Assembly: GCA_963707635.1 (NCBI GenBank) | Contig: OY970173.1 | Location: 1,600,001-1,664,000 of the forward strand | DNA length: 64,000 nucleotides | Origin: Candidatus Latescibacterota bacterium | GTDB taxonomy: Bacteria; Krumholzibacteriota; Krumholzibacteriia; WVZY01; JAKEHA01 | Direction: 5' to 3' | Part shown: piece after piece, positions 1 through 9,648 of the stretch | How positions within the stretch are numbered: position 1 is the first letter of the stretch | Layout: each line of letters begins with the position of its first letter | Made by a program: the position numbers and the translations under genes | Notes under the pieces: model-generated | What the model saw: the letters and a program-made list of their open reading frames with translations, nothing else | What the model was told of the DNA's origin: nothing | Database searches by the model: none

Positions 1-125
1 GTAGGAAGTCCGCGGGTCCTGTCGCCGACAGCCCGTGGCGGCTCGCTTCGTCCGCGCCTTCGCACTAGACTCGCTCGCCGCCCGGGCGCCCGTCGGCGCC
101 ACCCGCGGGAGTTCTCAGCAGAAAC

Positions 126-1262
126 ATGAACGGACGCTTTCTCACTCTCGATGACTATCGCCCCGGGGCGCGCGTGCTGCTCGCGATGAGCGGCGGGGTC
201 GACTCCGCCGTGTCGGCGGTGGCCCTGGTCGAGGCCGGGTTCCGTGTCGTCGGCCTGACGATGAAGAACTACTGCCACGGCGACTCGTTCGACGCGGCTC
301 CAGAGCGCTCGTGCTGCTCGCTCACCGCCATCGACGACGCCCGCGCCGCGTGCCAGCGCCTCGGGATCCGCCACATGGTGGTCGGCACCGAGGAGCTTTT
401 CGGCCGCGAGGTCTACGGGAACTTCCTCGACGAGTATCGCGCCGGCCGGACCCCCAACCCGTGCGTGCGCTGCAACTCGATCGTCCGGTTCGACACGCTG
501 TCCGAGTGGGCCGACCGCATGGGCTTCGACTACCTGGCCACCGGCCATTACGCGCGTGTCTTCCAATCTGAGCAAGGCCAGTGCTATCTAGCCCGTTCCA
601 GCAATGCTAATAAGGACCAGTCGTACTTTCTCTCCGCGCTCCCGCGCGGCGTGTTGCCGCGCGTGCTGTTTCCGCTGGGGGACCGCGAGAAGGCCGAGGT
701 GCGCGCGCGCGCGCGTCGCGCCGGGCTGTCCGTGGCCGAGAAGCCGGATAGTCAGGAAGTCTGTTTCGTCACCACCCGGACGCTGCGCGAGTTTCTCGAC
801 GGCAGGGTGCCGCTCGCGCCCGGCGACGTCGAGACGATCGACGGCACCGTGGTGGGCCGGCACGACGGGCTCGCGACTTACACCATCGGCCAGCGGCGCG
901 GGCTCGGCGTCGCCGCCGGCCGCCCGCAGTACGTCGTCGCCCTCGACGTTTCCCGCAATACCGTGGTTCTCGGCGACGACGCGGCCCTGTGGGGGCGGGA
1001 GCTGACCTGCCGCATCGAATGGGTCGACGAACGCGTCGGCAACTCCGGCGGACGATCGCCGCTCGCGGCGCAGATTCGTTCGCGCCAGGGCGCGCAACCG
1101 GTGTCGTCGGTCGAGGTCGGCGGCGAGGTCGCGCGTGTCGTGTTCGATTCTCCCCAGCGGGCCATCGCGCCCGGTCAGACCATCGCGTTCTACGACGGTG
1201 ACGTCGTGCTCGGCTCCGGCGTGATCGAGTCCGCGGAACCGGCACGGTCGGCGTCGCCGTGA
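126..1262 (+). CDS. mnmA: tRNA 2-thiouridine(34) synthase MnmA
   Basis: PP-loop SGGVDS, TPNPCVRCN, ATGHYAR, KDQSYFL, KPDSQEVCF, TIGQRRGLG and AIAPGQ motifs. Confidence 0.97.
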   Translation: MNGRFLTLDDYRPGARVLLAMSGGVDSAVSAVALVEAGFRVVGLTMKNYCHGDSFDAAPERSCCSLTAIDDARAACQRLGIRHMVVGTEELFGREVYGNFLDEYRAGRTPNPCVRCNSIVRFDTLSEWADRMGFDYLATGHYARVFQSEQGQCYLARSSNANKDQSYFLSALPRGVLPRVLFPLGDREKAEVRARARRAGLSVAEKPDSQEVCFVTTRTLREFLDGRVPLAPGDVETIDGTVVGRHDGLATYTIGQRRGLGVAAGRPQYVVALDVSRNTVVLGDDAALWGRELTCRIEWVDERVGNSGGRSPLAAQIRSRQGAQPVSSVEVGGEVARVVFDSPQRAIAPGQTIAFYDGDVVLGSGVIESAEPARSASP

Positions 1263-2182
1263 TCGATTCGCGCCCACGGTTCGCCCGCGCGCGGCGGACA
1301 CTCGCGGCCGCGCTGGTGTGGTTGGCCATGTCGGGCGCCTCGCCCGGCGTCGCGGCGCCGGAACCCTACACCCGGGTTCTGGAGGCGCTCCCCGTCACGA
1401 TCCGCTACGAGCCCCGCTACCGGCGGGTTTCCGACAAGGTGGCCGAGATCTGCCAGGCGGAGATTCCCCGCATCGCCGCCGAGCTGGGCCTCGCGCGCAT
1501 CCAGCCGATCGAGATCGTGGTGACGCACGACGCGCGCCGATACCGGTCGCGCGGCAGTTCCGAACTCCCGGAATGGGGTGTCGCGTTCGCGATCCTCGAC
1601 GAGCAGCGGATTCTGGTCGACGTCGAACGCGCGACGCGCGCGTACAATTCGCTGGCCGAGGTCGTGCCCCACGAGTTGTCGCACCTGTTGCTCCGCCAGC
1701 GCGTGACGTCGGCGGCATTCCCGATCTGGTTCAACGAAGGGCTCGCCCAGTGGCAGGCGCGCGAGTGGTCGCTGGTCGACGCCTGGCGACTCATGCAGGA
1801 TGTGTGGACGGGGTCGGCGCCGCGACTGGGCGAGGTCTCGGCGCGTTACCCGAAAGGCGAGGAGCGCGCACAAGGCGCCTACCGGCTCTCGTACGCCGCG
1901 TTCACCGAGCTGTTCGCGGAGTCCGGATTCGGGACGTTGCCCGCTTTTCTCGCCGAAGTCGAGCGGGCCGGGGACTTCCGATCCGCGTTTCAGAGCTACT
2001 GGGGGTTCACGGTGGAGGACTACGCCGCCTACTTCCAGGATGAGATGGAAAAGCGCTACCGGACCAACGCGCTGGCATTCGAGTCCGGCCCGCTGCTGGC
2101 GTTCGCCGCCGTCCTGTTCATCGCCGTGCTGGTGCGGCAGGGAATCAAGCGGCGGCGCAAGTACGCCCAGCTCGACGACTGA
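1259..2182 (+). CDS. Membrane-anchored zinc metallopeptidase-like protein (peptidase MA-like/gluzincin)
   Basis: Signal-peptide-like N-terminus, HELSH plus WFNEGLAQW, C-terminal hydrophobic helix and basic tail; GTGA overlap with mnmA. Confidence 0.75.
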   Translation: MIDSRPRFARARRTLAAALVWLAMSGASPGVAAPEPYTRVLEALPVTIRYEPRYRRVSDKVAEICQAEIPRIAAELGLARIQPIEIVVTHDARRYRSRGSSELPEWGVAFAILDEQRILVDVERATRAYNSLAEVVPHELSHLLLRQRVTSAAFPIWFNEGLAQWQAREWSLVDAWRLMQDVWTGSAPRLGEVSARYPKGEERAQGAYRLSYAAFTELFAESGFGTLPAFLAEVERAGDFRSAFQSYWGFTVEDYAAYFQDEMEKRYRTNALAFESGPLLAFAAVLFIAVLVRQGIKRRRKYAQLDD

Positions 2183-2193
2183 ACGGGCCGCGA

Positions 2194-3270
2194 CTACACT
2201 CCGGCGCCGACGGTTTTGACCGTCGAGGCGCCGCGCCGGATCGCCTCGGGGGCGTTGGCGCGCGCCGTCGCGTCTTCATACGAGACCAGTTTGGCGGCGA
2301 CCAGCTCGTTCAGGTGGTCCTCGAGCGTCTGCATCCCGAACTTCTTGCCCGTCTGCATCGCAGACATGAGCTGCACCATCTTGTCCTCGCGGATCATGGC
2401 GCGCACCGCGTCGGTGGCGAGGAGGATCTCCAGCGCCGCCACGCGCCCGCCGCCGACCTTCGGCACCAGCGATTGCGAGATGATGCCCTGCAGGGTTCCG
2501 GCGAGCTGCATCCGGATCATGGTCTGCTGCACGGGCGGGAACACGTTGACCACACGGTCCACGGTCTTCATCGCGCTCGTCGTGTGGAGCGTTCCCAGCA
2601 CGAGGTGGCCGGTCTCGGCGGCCGTGACGGCCAGCGCGATCGTCTCGAGGTCCCGCATCTCGCCGACGAGGATGATGTCGGGGTCCTGACGAAGCGCGCG
2701 CCGCAGCGCCTGGTTGAAGTCGGGCGTGTCGGACCCCACCTCGCGCTGGTTGATGTAACAGCGTTTGTCGCGGTGCAGGAATTCGATCGGGTCTTCCATG
2801 GTGAGGATGTGACCGGCTTCGCGCGAGTTGATCAGGTCGATCATGGCTGCCAGCGTGGTGGACTTGCCGCTCCCCGTCGGCCCGGTCACGAGCACCAGTC
2901 CGCGCGGTTTCGCGGCCAGCGTCTTGCAGATGTCCGGAAGCCCGAGGGCTTCGAAGGTCGGGATGTTTTCGGGGATGTAGCGCAGCACGAGCGACACCGA
3001 GCCGCGCTGGCGCATCGCGTTCACGCGAAATCGCGCGAGCCCCGGGATCGAGTAGGAGCAATCGAGGTCGCCGGTCGCGCAGAACGTGTTCCAGTGCTCC
3101 GGGCTCAGAATTGCCTTCGCCATGGCGAGCGTGTCGTCCGGCATGAGCCGTTGTTCGCCCTGCGGCTGGATCCGGCCCGAAATACGGACTCCCGGCGGCT
3201 GGCCCACCTTGAGGTGGGCGTCGCTGCCGCCGAGCTCGATCATTCGTTTCAAGAGATCGTTGATCTGCAT
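2194..3270 (-). CDS. pilT: Type IV pilus retraction ATPase PilT
   Basis: GPTGSGKSTT Walker A, EDPIE, ALRQDPDIILVGEMRD, GTLHT, AVRAMIRE (AIRNLIRE-like), GMQT. Confidence 0.93.
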   Translation of the reverse strand: MQINDLLKRMIELGGSDAHLKVGQPPGVRISGRIQPQGEQRLMPDDTLAMAKAILSPEHWNTFCATGDLDCSYSIPGLARFRVNAMRQRGSVSLVLRYIPENIPTFEALGLPDICKTLAAKPRGLVLVTGPTGSGKSTTLAAMIDLINSREAGHILTMEDPIEFLHRDKRCYINQREVGSDTPDFNQALRRALRQDPDIILVGEMRDLETIALAVTAAETGHLVLGTLHTTSAMKTVDRVVNVFPPVQQTMIRMQLAGTLQGIISQSLVPKVGGGRVAALEILLATDAVRAMIREDKMVQLMSAMQTGKKFGMQTLEDHLNELVAAKLVSYEDATARANAPEAIRRGASTVKTVGAGV

Positions 3271-3454
3271 GACGGCCTCCCCGGACCGGTGCTACGCGTG
3301 TCTATTCGGAACCAGCTGGAGGGGAAACGGGAACGGCGGTGGAGCGACGCGTGTAATAACCAGACGGGGTTCTCCCCATTACACCCGCCGTCCGGACTCC
3401 CCTTGCCCGCGCCGCCGTTCCCGGCCGGCCACAGCCGGCTCCCAGTCGCGCATT

Positions 3455-4351
3455 TCACACCGGCGCTGCCTCGTTCGTTCGCTCGGTCTGCCGGCGCAGG
3501 TTGTCGATCGTTTGCCGCATCCACTCGGATTGCTCGGCGTGCCGGATGCACGCGCCCGCGTTCTGTGAGAAGACCTCGAGCGCGTGGAGATCGTCTTCCT
3601 TGTACTGCACGTCCGGGGATCGGCTGCTGACGTTGATCACGCCGACCAGCTCGTCCCGGAGGATGATGGGCACGACCATCGCCGCGACCAGCGACGTGGA
3701 CGTGAGCTTCAAGGCCGGGTCCTGGGGCAGTTCTTTCTCGCGGCCCAGTATCAGCGCCTGCTGGTGCCTCGCGGCCCAGCCGGCGACGCCCTCGTTGATC
3801 GACTGCTCCACGCCCAGCACCCTGGAGACGCCCTCTTTGTCGCTCGCCGCGCGCACCACCAGTGTCTGCGATGCCGCGTGGTAGAGCATCAAGGATGCGC
3901 GGTCGCAGGTGAACGCCTCCAGACACGACCGGGCGATGCAATCGAACACGGCTTCGGGCCGATTGTGCATCCCCATGATGCGGCTCACGTTCAAGAGCCC
4001 GTAGAGCCGGCGCCGGGCCGCGTCCTGGACCTCGGCCTCGAACACCTTGATCTGCGCGTTGATGCGATTGAGATTTCGCTGCTCGCGCGTGAGGTGCGTG
4101 ACCAGCGTCACCACCAGAACGAGGCAGCCCACGACGAGCGTGAAGTCGGTTCTGGCCCACGGCCAGGGGCTGGTGAGGCGGTCGGGCAGCAGCGTCCCGA
4201 TGACGATGCCCAGGCCGCCGGCGGTGATGACGAAGGTGAAAGCCAGCAGGAGCCAATTGGCCCACGAACGGCGCAATATGTTTTCGCCAGAATTCGTTGT
4301 GTGGGTCGTCGCCCGCGACGGGTCGACCACCGGAGGATGCTCGATGGACAT
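3455..4351 (-). CDS. Two-TM membrane protein with a GAF domain and no output domain
   Basis: Start moved to ATG 4351 (GGAGG RBS); two hydrophobic helices, then GAF motifs RASLML, EGVAGWAA, VPIILRDELVGVINV. Confidence 0.75.
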   Translation of the reverse strand: MSIEHPPVVDPSRATTHTTNSGENILRRSWANWLLLAFTFVITAGGLGIVIGTLLPDRLTSPWPWARTDFTLVVGCLVLVVTLVTHLTREQRNLNRINAQIKVFEAEVQDAARRRLYGLLNVSRIMGMHNRPEAVFDCIARSCLEAFTCDRASLMLYHAASQTLVVRAASDKEGVSRVLGVEQSINEGVAGWAARHQQALILGREKELPQDPALKLTSTSLVAAMVVPIILRDELVGVINVSSRSPDVQYKEDDLHALEVFSQNAGACIRHAEQSEWMRQTIDNLRRQTERTNEAAPV

Positions 4352-4635
4352 GTTGCCTCCCCGCAAACAGGTCCGCTCACTGAATTGGATTGCGTAACGC
4401 CGACGCCAGAGCAAGTCTGTCGCCAGCCGCGGGGGAGGGAGAGGGAGGACCCGGATCACAGCCCCGCTATCTGCGGTGCGCATAGCAACATCGCGGACGG
4501 TCTCCGTAGTATCCCTGATTCTCGGTTGCCGAAAACTCTTAGCGTCGACACGGCGGTTTGGTGCAGGTCTGCGCCGCCGTCAATGGACGACATCGATGCG
4601 CGCGGGGTAGCGGTGAGGTGTCTGGTGGAAGGTAA

Positions 4636-5274
4636 TCAGTCGTTTACCGACGTGAGAGCGTGCCGGATGGCGAACTTCGTGAGACCGGCGATGCTGTGGA
4701 TCCCGAGCTTCCGCATGACCTGCCGGCGATGCGTCTCCACCGTCTTCGCGCTCACGCACAGCACGTCGGCGATCTTCTTGGTCGACTTGCCCTCGGCCAA
4801 CAGCTGGAGCACCTCGCGCTCGCGCGTGGTCAGCGTCCCGAATGCCTCGCTGACGGGTTCGCCCAACGACGCGATGACCGCCGCCTCGGCGGACGGGCTC
4901 AAGTAGGTTCTGCCTTCCAGCACGACGTCGATGGCGCGCAGCAGCTCGTCGAGACCACCGTCGGCGACCACGAAGCCCGACGCGCCCGCCCGCATGGCCC
5001 GGCTGACGAGCTCACGGTTGGCGTCCAAGGAGATCAGTATCACCTTCACGCCGGGGCACGCGACGACCACCTGCCGCGTGACCTCGACCCCGCCCAGCTC
5101 CGGCAGCACCGATTCGACGATGACGAGCTTCGGCCGCAGCTCCGCGGCGATCGAGACCGCGCTCCGTCCGTCTCCGACATCGGCGACCACCTGCAAAGCG
5201 CGGCTCGCGAGCGCCTCTTTCAAACTGTCCCGGTATATCTGGCTGACCAGGGCAACGACGACGCGCCTTGGCAT
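4636..5274 (-). CDS. NarL/LuxR-family response regulator with atypical receiver
   Basis: LTTREREVLQLLAEGKSTKKIADVLCVSAKTVETHR LuxR HTH; degenerate REC domain; start set at ATG 5274. Confidence 0.88.
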   Translation of the reverse strand: MPRRVVVALVSQIYRDSLKEALASRALQVVADVGDGRSAVSIAAELRPKLVIVESVLPELGGVEVTRQVVVACPGVKVILISLDANRELVSRAMRAGASGFVVADGGLDELLRAIDVVLEGRTYLSPSAEAAVIASLGEPVSEAFGTLTTREREVLQLLAEGKSTKKIADVLCVSAKTVETHRRQVMRKLGIHSIAGLTKFAIRHALTSVND

Positions 5275-5524
5275 GGGTGCGATTCTCCCCTCCGCTCGCA
5301 CGACGAGCGAACCAGGACGCAAGGAAGTTCGGGGGAGAAAATAGCGGATGGCACGCACGCGACGTGCGCTTTGGGTGCAGTTGGTTTCCCTATCCTCCCC
5401 GCGGAAACCCTCACACTCGAGGTTCAAGGCACTAGCTTAGATAGGATTCGGAGATTCGGCAAGTGCCGATGTGCCGGTATCGCGTCCGCGTGTAAGTGGT
5501 TACAATCGCCTGACTAAGCCCGGC

Positions 5525-5553
5525 TTGACCGTCTCCGGGGCCGGTGGTATAGT
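5525..5553 (+). promoter_or_regulatory. sigma70 promoter of the tRNA operon
   Basis: TTGACC-17 bp-TATAGT with extended -10 TG and a GC-rich discriminator. Confidence 0.8.
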
Positions 5554-5569
5554 CCGCGCTCCGGCGGCC

Positions 5570-5657
5570 GGAGGGCTAGCCTAACTGGTAAGGCAACGGT
5601 CTTGAAAACCGTCGGGCTTAACCGCCCTTGGGGGTTCGAGTCCCTCGCCCTCCGCCA
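5570..5657 (+). tRNA. tRNA-Ser(UGA)
   Basis: GGAGGGC/GCCCTCC acceptor stem, ACGGT-CTTGAAA-ACCGT anticodon arm, long variable arm, GTTCGAG, encoded CCA. Confidence 0.96.
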
Positions 5658-5680
5658 GTTTTTTTTGGATACAGAGTTTG

Positions 5681-5776
<96 letters not shown>

Positions 5777-5824
5777 CCTGCGCGCGGCGGTGACCGTCGC
5801 GCGGTCCGCTTCACTCCGATCTGA

Positions 5825-6226
5825 ATGGCGGCGCACACGGTGAACGCAATGCGAAAGGTCGAGATCAGTCGCTTCGATCTGATGTCTCTGTTCAAGGTCG
5901 CGTTTCTGCTGTATGCGACGCTTGGGTTGGTGGCCGGGCTCTTCTACGGCCTGGTGATCATGGTGGTCGGCCAGCTCGGGAGCTTCCTCGGCGGCGAAGA
6001 TTTTCCGGGGCTGCGTTACTTGAGCGGGATGGTCGGCGTGGTGGCGATCCCGGCGCTCGCCATCATGTACGGGATCCTCGGTTCGGTCGTCGTGATGATC
6101 GGCGGCGCGTTGTACAATGTCGCCGCCCGGCTCGTGGGCGGTGTGAAGATGGACGTGGCGGCGATGGATTCGCCGTTCGACACGCGGGCTGTCGCCGACG
6201 CCCGCCCTGCGCCACCCGCCGGCTAG
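5825..6226 (+). CDS. DUF3566-like two-TM membrane protein
   Basis: ISRFDLMSLFKVAFLLY...ALYNVAARLVGGVKM pattern; alternative start at 5849. Confidence 0.7.
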   Translation: MAAHTVNAMRKVEISRFDLMSLFKVAFLLYATLGLVAGLFYGLVIMVVGQLGSFLGGEDFPGLRYLSGMVGVVAIPALAIMYGILGSVVVMIGGALYNVAARLVGGVKMDVAAMDSPFDTRAVADARPAPPAG

Positions 6227-6246
6227 ACCCTGCATACGTTCTGGAT

Positions 6247-6323
6247 GCGCCCGTAGCTCAACTGGATAGAGCGTGTGGCTACGGACCACAAGGCTAGGGG
6301 TTCAAGTCCTCTCGGGCGCACCA
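6247..6323 (+). tRNA. tRNA-Arg(ACG)
   Basis: GCGCCCG/CGGGCGC acceptor stem, TGTGG-CTACGGA-CCACA anticodon arm, GTTCAAG, CCA. Confidence 0.96.
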
Positions 6324-6344
6324 ACATTCACTTCTCGATAAGAA

Positions 6345-6383
6345 AAGCGGGGTGCACAGCATTGTGCACCCCGTTTCGGTTTT
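6345..6383 (+). terminator. Rho-independent terminator, possibly bidirectional
   Basis: AAGCGGGGTGCACA-GCAT-TGTGCACCCCGTTT hairpin followed by T-rich sequence. Confidence 0.8.
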
Positions 6384-6493
6384 AGGGCCGCGCCGGGCGC
6401 GGATGGCGCCACCTCAAGTCAGCGGCGTTGGGCACCCATACGCAACCGGCGATAGTACATCCGGTCCCGCGCCGGCGCGGCCAAACCTCGTCA

Positions 6494-7723
6494 CTAGAAA
6501 CTGAACGACGACTGTATCGCGGGGATCATTTCGAATTCGTCTCCCGCTTCCCGGGTCATCTGCACGACACCCTTGATGAGCAGATCGCGGCTCACGTGGT
6601 AGCCGACGCCGCCTTCCCAGCGATCGACGTTGAGATCCCACGTCATGGCCTCGCCCAGGCTGTTCTCGACTTCCTCGTACCGAAGCGCGTCGTAGCGAAG
6701 CGTCACGTCCAGGCCGGCGGCGACCGACGCGGCCCCCTGTGCCCAGTACGACATCGTCGCAAGCCCGTCCGCGCGAACCGGCGTGTCCGCGTGGTTATAG
6801 AATGTCTCGCCCGTGAACGCGAACCGCCACACCTTCCAGTCGATGCTCAGGCCGAGGATGTCCTGGTAGTAGTTGTTGATCGACTTGCCCGCCGGCATGT
6901 AGGGATCCACGTCGCGGGTCAGGTATGCACCGCGCGTGCCCGACACCCACGCCTTGAGCCCGGGCGTGAATGCAAAGCCGACCTTGGCGTGCCACGCGAT
7001 GTTGTCGTTGGTGTCGGAGCCCTGCACCGGCGCGCCGCCTGTCCCGAGGGTGGCGCCGACCGCGAACTCGAAGCGCCCCAGCGATCCCAGCGAATAGACC
7101 CCATAGTTCCAGCAGTTGTCGTAGAGGATCGGCATGGTGACGTAGGCCTTGCCGCGCACGCCGTTCGAGTCCGAGTACGTGAAACGCTCCTGGCCGCGCC
7201 CGCGCATCGCGAGCATCTGGTCGAGGTCGGTGGGCATCATCGTGCTGGCGAGGGTCGACTTCCAGTAGTAGCTCATCGGGAGGCCGACCACCGGGTTCTT
7301 GTTCGAATAGGTCTGGCTCGCCCAGATGCCGTCGTGGACGGGAATGAGCCCCGCCTCGAGGAACACGTTCCGCTCCTCGAACACGCGGTGCATGATGTAT
7401 CCGCCGAAGAAGCGGTAGGTGCTGTACGCCTCGGGGGACACCAGGAACTGCAGGTACACCGAGGTCTGGCCGCGCTGGCCCTCGACGAACAGACGCGCGC
7501 GCAGCGCATCGAAGTTCGAGTCGTTGGTGTTGAGGGTGTTGTACCAGCGGTAGTCGCCGACGTCCGTGGCCACGATGTCGACCAGGCCGCGCAACTGAAT
7601 GCTGTTTTGCGCGAACGAGTTCACCGCCACGCCCACCAGCGCGAGCGTGACGAAGGTCACGAACGCGATGCGTCTTCCGGCGTCGCAGGGAACCAGGTGC
7701 ACCGCGCACATTGAGCGTCTCAT
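6494..7723 (-). CDS. Outer-membrane beta-barrel/porin-like protein
   Basis: Start ATG 7723 overlaps the kinase stop (ATGA); signal peptide, amphipathic beta-strands, C-terminal Phe (SSFSF). Confidence 0.72.
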   Translation of the reverse strand: MRRSMCAVHLVPCDAGRRIAFVTFVTLALVGVAVNSFAQNSIQLRGLVDIVATDVGDYRWYNTLNTNDSNFDALRARLFVEGQRGQTSVYLQFLVSPEAYSTYRFFGGYIMHRVFEERNVFLEAGLIPVHDGIWASQTYSNKNPVVGLPMSYYWKSTLASTMMPTDLDQMLAMRGRGQERFTYSDSNGVRGKAYVTMPILYDNCWNYGVYSLGSLGRFEFAVGATLGTGGAPVQGSDTNDNIAWHAKVGFAFTPGLKAWVSGTRGAYLTRDVDPYMPAGKSINNYYQDILGLSIDWKVWRFAFTGETFYNHADTPVRADGLATMSYWAQGAASVAAGLDVTLRYDALRYEEVENSLGEAMTWDLNVDRWEGGVGYHVSRDLLIKGVVQMTREAGDEFEMIPAIQSSFSF

Positions 7724-9618
7724 ACCAGGACTCCTTCGTGTTCCGGCGATTTCACCGGCGGATTGGCGCCCGGGGCGGAGCGGGGCAGAACAATGGTGAA
7801 GGTGCTGCCGCGACCCGGTGCGCTGGTGACGAGCACCCGCCCGTTGTGCTTGTCGACGATGACCTTGCACAGGGCGAGGCCCAGACCAAAACCCTTCGAA
7901 CCGAAACCGTAGGTTCCCGACGAGTGATTCATCACGTCGCCGACTTCGTAAATCTTTTCGAAAATCCACTTGAGCTCGTGCTGCGCGATCCCGATGCCGG
8001 TGTCTTCCACCGCGATGTGGATCTCGTCACCCACGGGCTTGGTGACGATGCGCACCGCGCCGCCGTCGGGCGTGAAGCGGATCGCGTTGTCGACCAGCGA
8101 CAGGAGCGCCTCGCCCATGCGCGGGGCGTCGACCTGCACCGGGAGCGCCTCGTCGCCCAGCTCGAGCACGAGCCGCAGCTTGCGGTTTTCGGCGACGGTG
8201 CGGCGACCGAGCGCGGTCTCGCGCACGATCTCGCGCACGTCGCGCCGGGTCAGGTGGAGCGATTGCAGGTCCTGCTCGTAGTAGGTGAGGTCCAGCATCG
8301 ACTGCACCAGGCGGTTCAGACCGGTGAGCTGCTCGGTGATCATCATGGTGGTCTCGCGGATCTTATCGGGGACCGTGCCCAGGGCGCCGCTCGCGATCAT
8401 CTCGTTGAAGCCCGTGATGATGGTGAGCGGGGTGCGCAGCTCGTGACCGGCCAGCGCGATGAAGTTGCTCTTCGCCTGGTCGACGCTCTTCAGGTGTCGC
8501 ACGTAGCTCTTGAGCGACTCGCGCATGTGCGAGAAGTTCTTGCCCAACAGCGCCAGCTCGTCGCGGCCGCGCATGTCCACCGGGTAGTCGTACTCGCCCT
8601 TCTGCAGGGCCACCGACGCCAGCACGATGCGCGAGAGCGGGCCGGTAATACTCTGCGCGACCACGAACCCCAGCAGGAGGGTGACGCACACCGCCGCGAG
8701 TCCGCCGAACGCCAGACGTTTTTCCAGCGTCAGGATCGGGGCCATCTCCGCTTCCAGCTCGCGCGCGATGAAGGCGTCGAAGCCGTCGCCGGGATTCACG
8801 CCGGCGACGCCGACGTGGATGGTGAGGAATTCGCGACCGTCGTGGTTCTGGCCAAACGCCTCCGACAGCGTGACCGAACCGCGCGCGATGGTCGAGGCCA
8901 CCCGCGCGCTGGGCCGCCACGCCTCCGCGTCGTGGGCGCCGGGGACGCGCTCGGGGAACGTGCTCGCGAACGGGTTGCCGCCGCGCGCGAGACACACGTC
9001 GGCGCCGGTCAGTCGCTTGACTTCCGCGACGAATTCGTCGTCCAGGTACGCGCCGAGCCGGATGATGGCTTCCAGGTTGTGCGCGACGTACACCGGCGCC
9101 ACCGCGGCGGCGACGATGCGCTCGTCCATTTCGTAGAAGTCCGCCACCGCGGAGCCCTTCATGGCCATCTCGATCCCTGAGCGCCCGGTGGTGGTCGCGG
9201 TGTTGGTCACGCCCGGCGACCAGGCGCCGCCGGCGTCGCGCGACACGGTGGCGATCAGGCCGCCGTTGGGGTCGAAGATCTCCATGAAGTCCGCGTCGGT
9301 GATGCGGACGAAGTCGGCCGCCACGCCTTCCACGGTGGGGCGGAATTCGGTGCCGCGTTCGGCCGCCGGTATCGAAAAGGGAGCGAAGAAGCGCGGGTCG
9401 CGCACCGTGACCTGCGCCATGCTGACCAGCTCGTTGCGGCGCGAGGTGAGCATCTGCACGAACACCGAGCCCGACTCGGCCAGGCTCTCCTGCACGCGGC
9501 CGCGCACGGCGTGGTTGGCGGTCCGGAAGGCCGACAGCAGGATCGTGACGAGGATCGCGATCAGCGGGATCGTCGTCAGCACGATGATGCGTACCCGAAG
9601 GCTTCCGAATCGCAGCAT
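7720..9618 (-). CDS. Sensor histidine kinase (TM, Cache-like periplasmic domain, TM, HAMP, HisKA, HATPase)
   Basis: HELRTPL H-box, LVDNAIRFT N-box, EDTGIGI, GFGLGLAL, GRGSTFT; HAMP ITGPLSRI...RDELALL. Confidence 0.95.
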   Translation of the reverse strand: MLRFGSLRVRIIVLTTIPLIAILVTILLSAFRTANHAVRGRVQESLAESGSVFVQMLTSRRNELVSMAQVTVRDPRFFAPFSIPAAERGTEFRPTVEGVAADFVRITDADFMEIFDPNGGLIATVSRDAGGAWSPGVTNTATTTGRSGIEMAMKGSAVADFYEMDERIVAAAVAPVYVAHNLEAIIRLGAYLDDEFVAEVKRLTGADVCLARGGNPFASTFPERVPGAHDAEAWRPSARVASTIARGSVTLSEAFGQNHDGREFLTIHVGVAGVNPGDGFDAFIARELEAEMAPILTLEKRLAFGGLAAVCVTLLLGFVVAQSITGPLSRIVLASVALQKGEYDYPVDMRGRDELALLGKNFSHMRESLKSYVRHLKSVDQAKSNFIALAGHELRTPLTIITGFNEMIASGALGTVPDKIRETTMMITEQLTGLNRLVQSMLDLTYYEQDLQSLHLTRRDVREIVRETALGRRTVAENRKLRLVLELGDEALPVQVDAPRMGEALLSLVDNAIRFTPDGGAVRIVTKPVGDEIHIAVEDTGIGIAQHELKWIFEKIYEVGDVMNHSSGTYGFGSKGFGLGLALCKVIVDKHNGRVLVTSAPGRGSTFTIVLPRSAPGANPPVKSPEHEGVLV

Positions 9619-9648
9619 GGCAGTGCGAGGGTTGCGGCCTCGTGGCTC

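Noticed and set aside
3300..3450. c-di-GMP-I/II riboswitch upstream of pilT
   Set aside because: The conserved GCAAA...GAAA...GACGCAAA (class I) and class II cores are not found; kept only as an unassigned structure.
5570..5657. Selenocysteine or suppressor tRNA
   Set aside because: The anticodon is TGA (reads the Ser codon UCA), not TCA, and the acceptor stem is a normal 7 bp.
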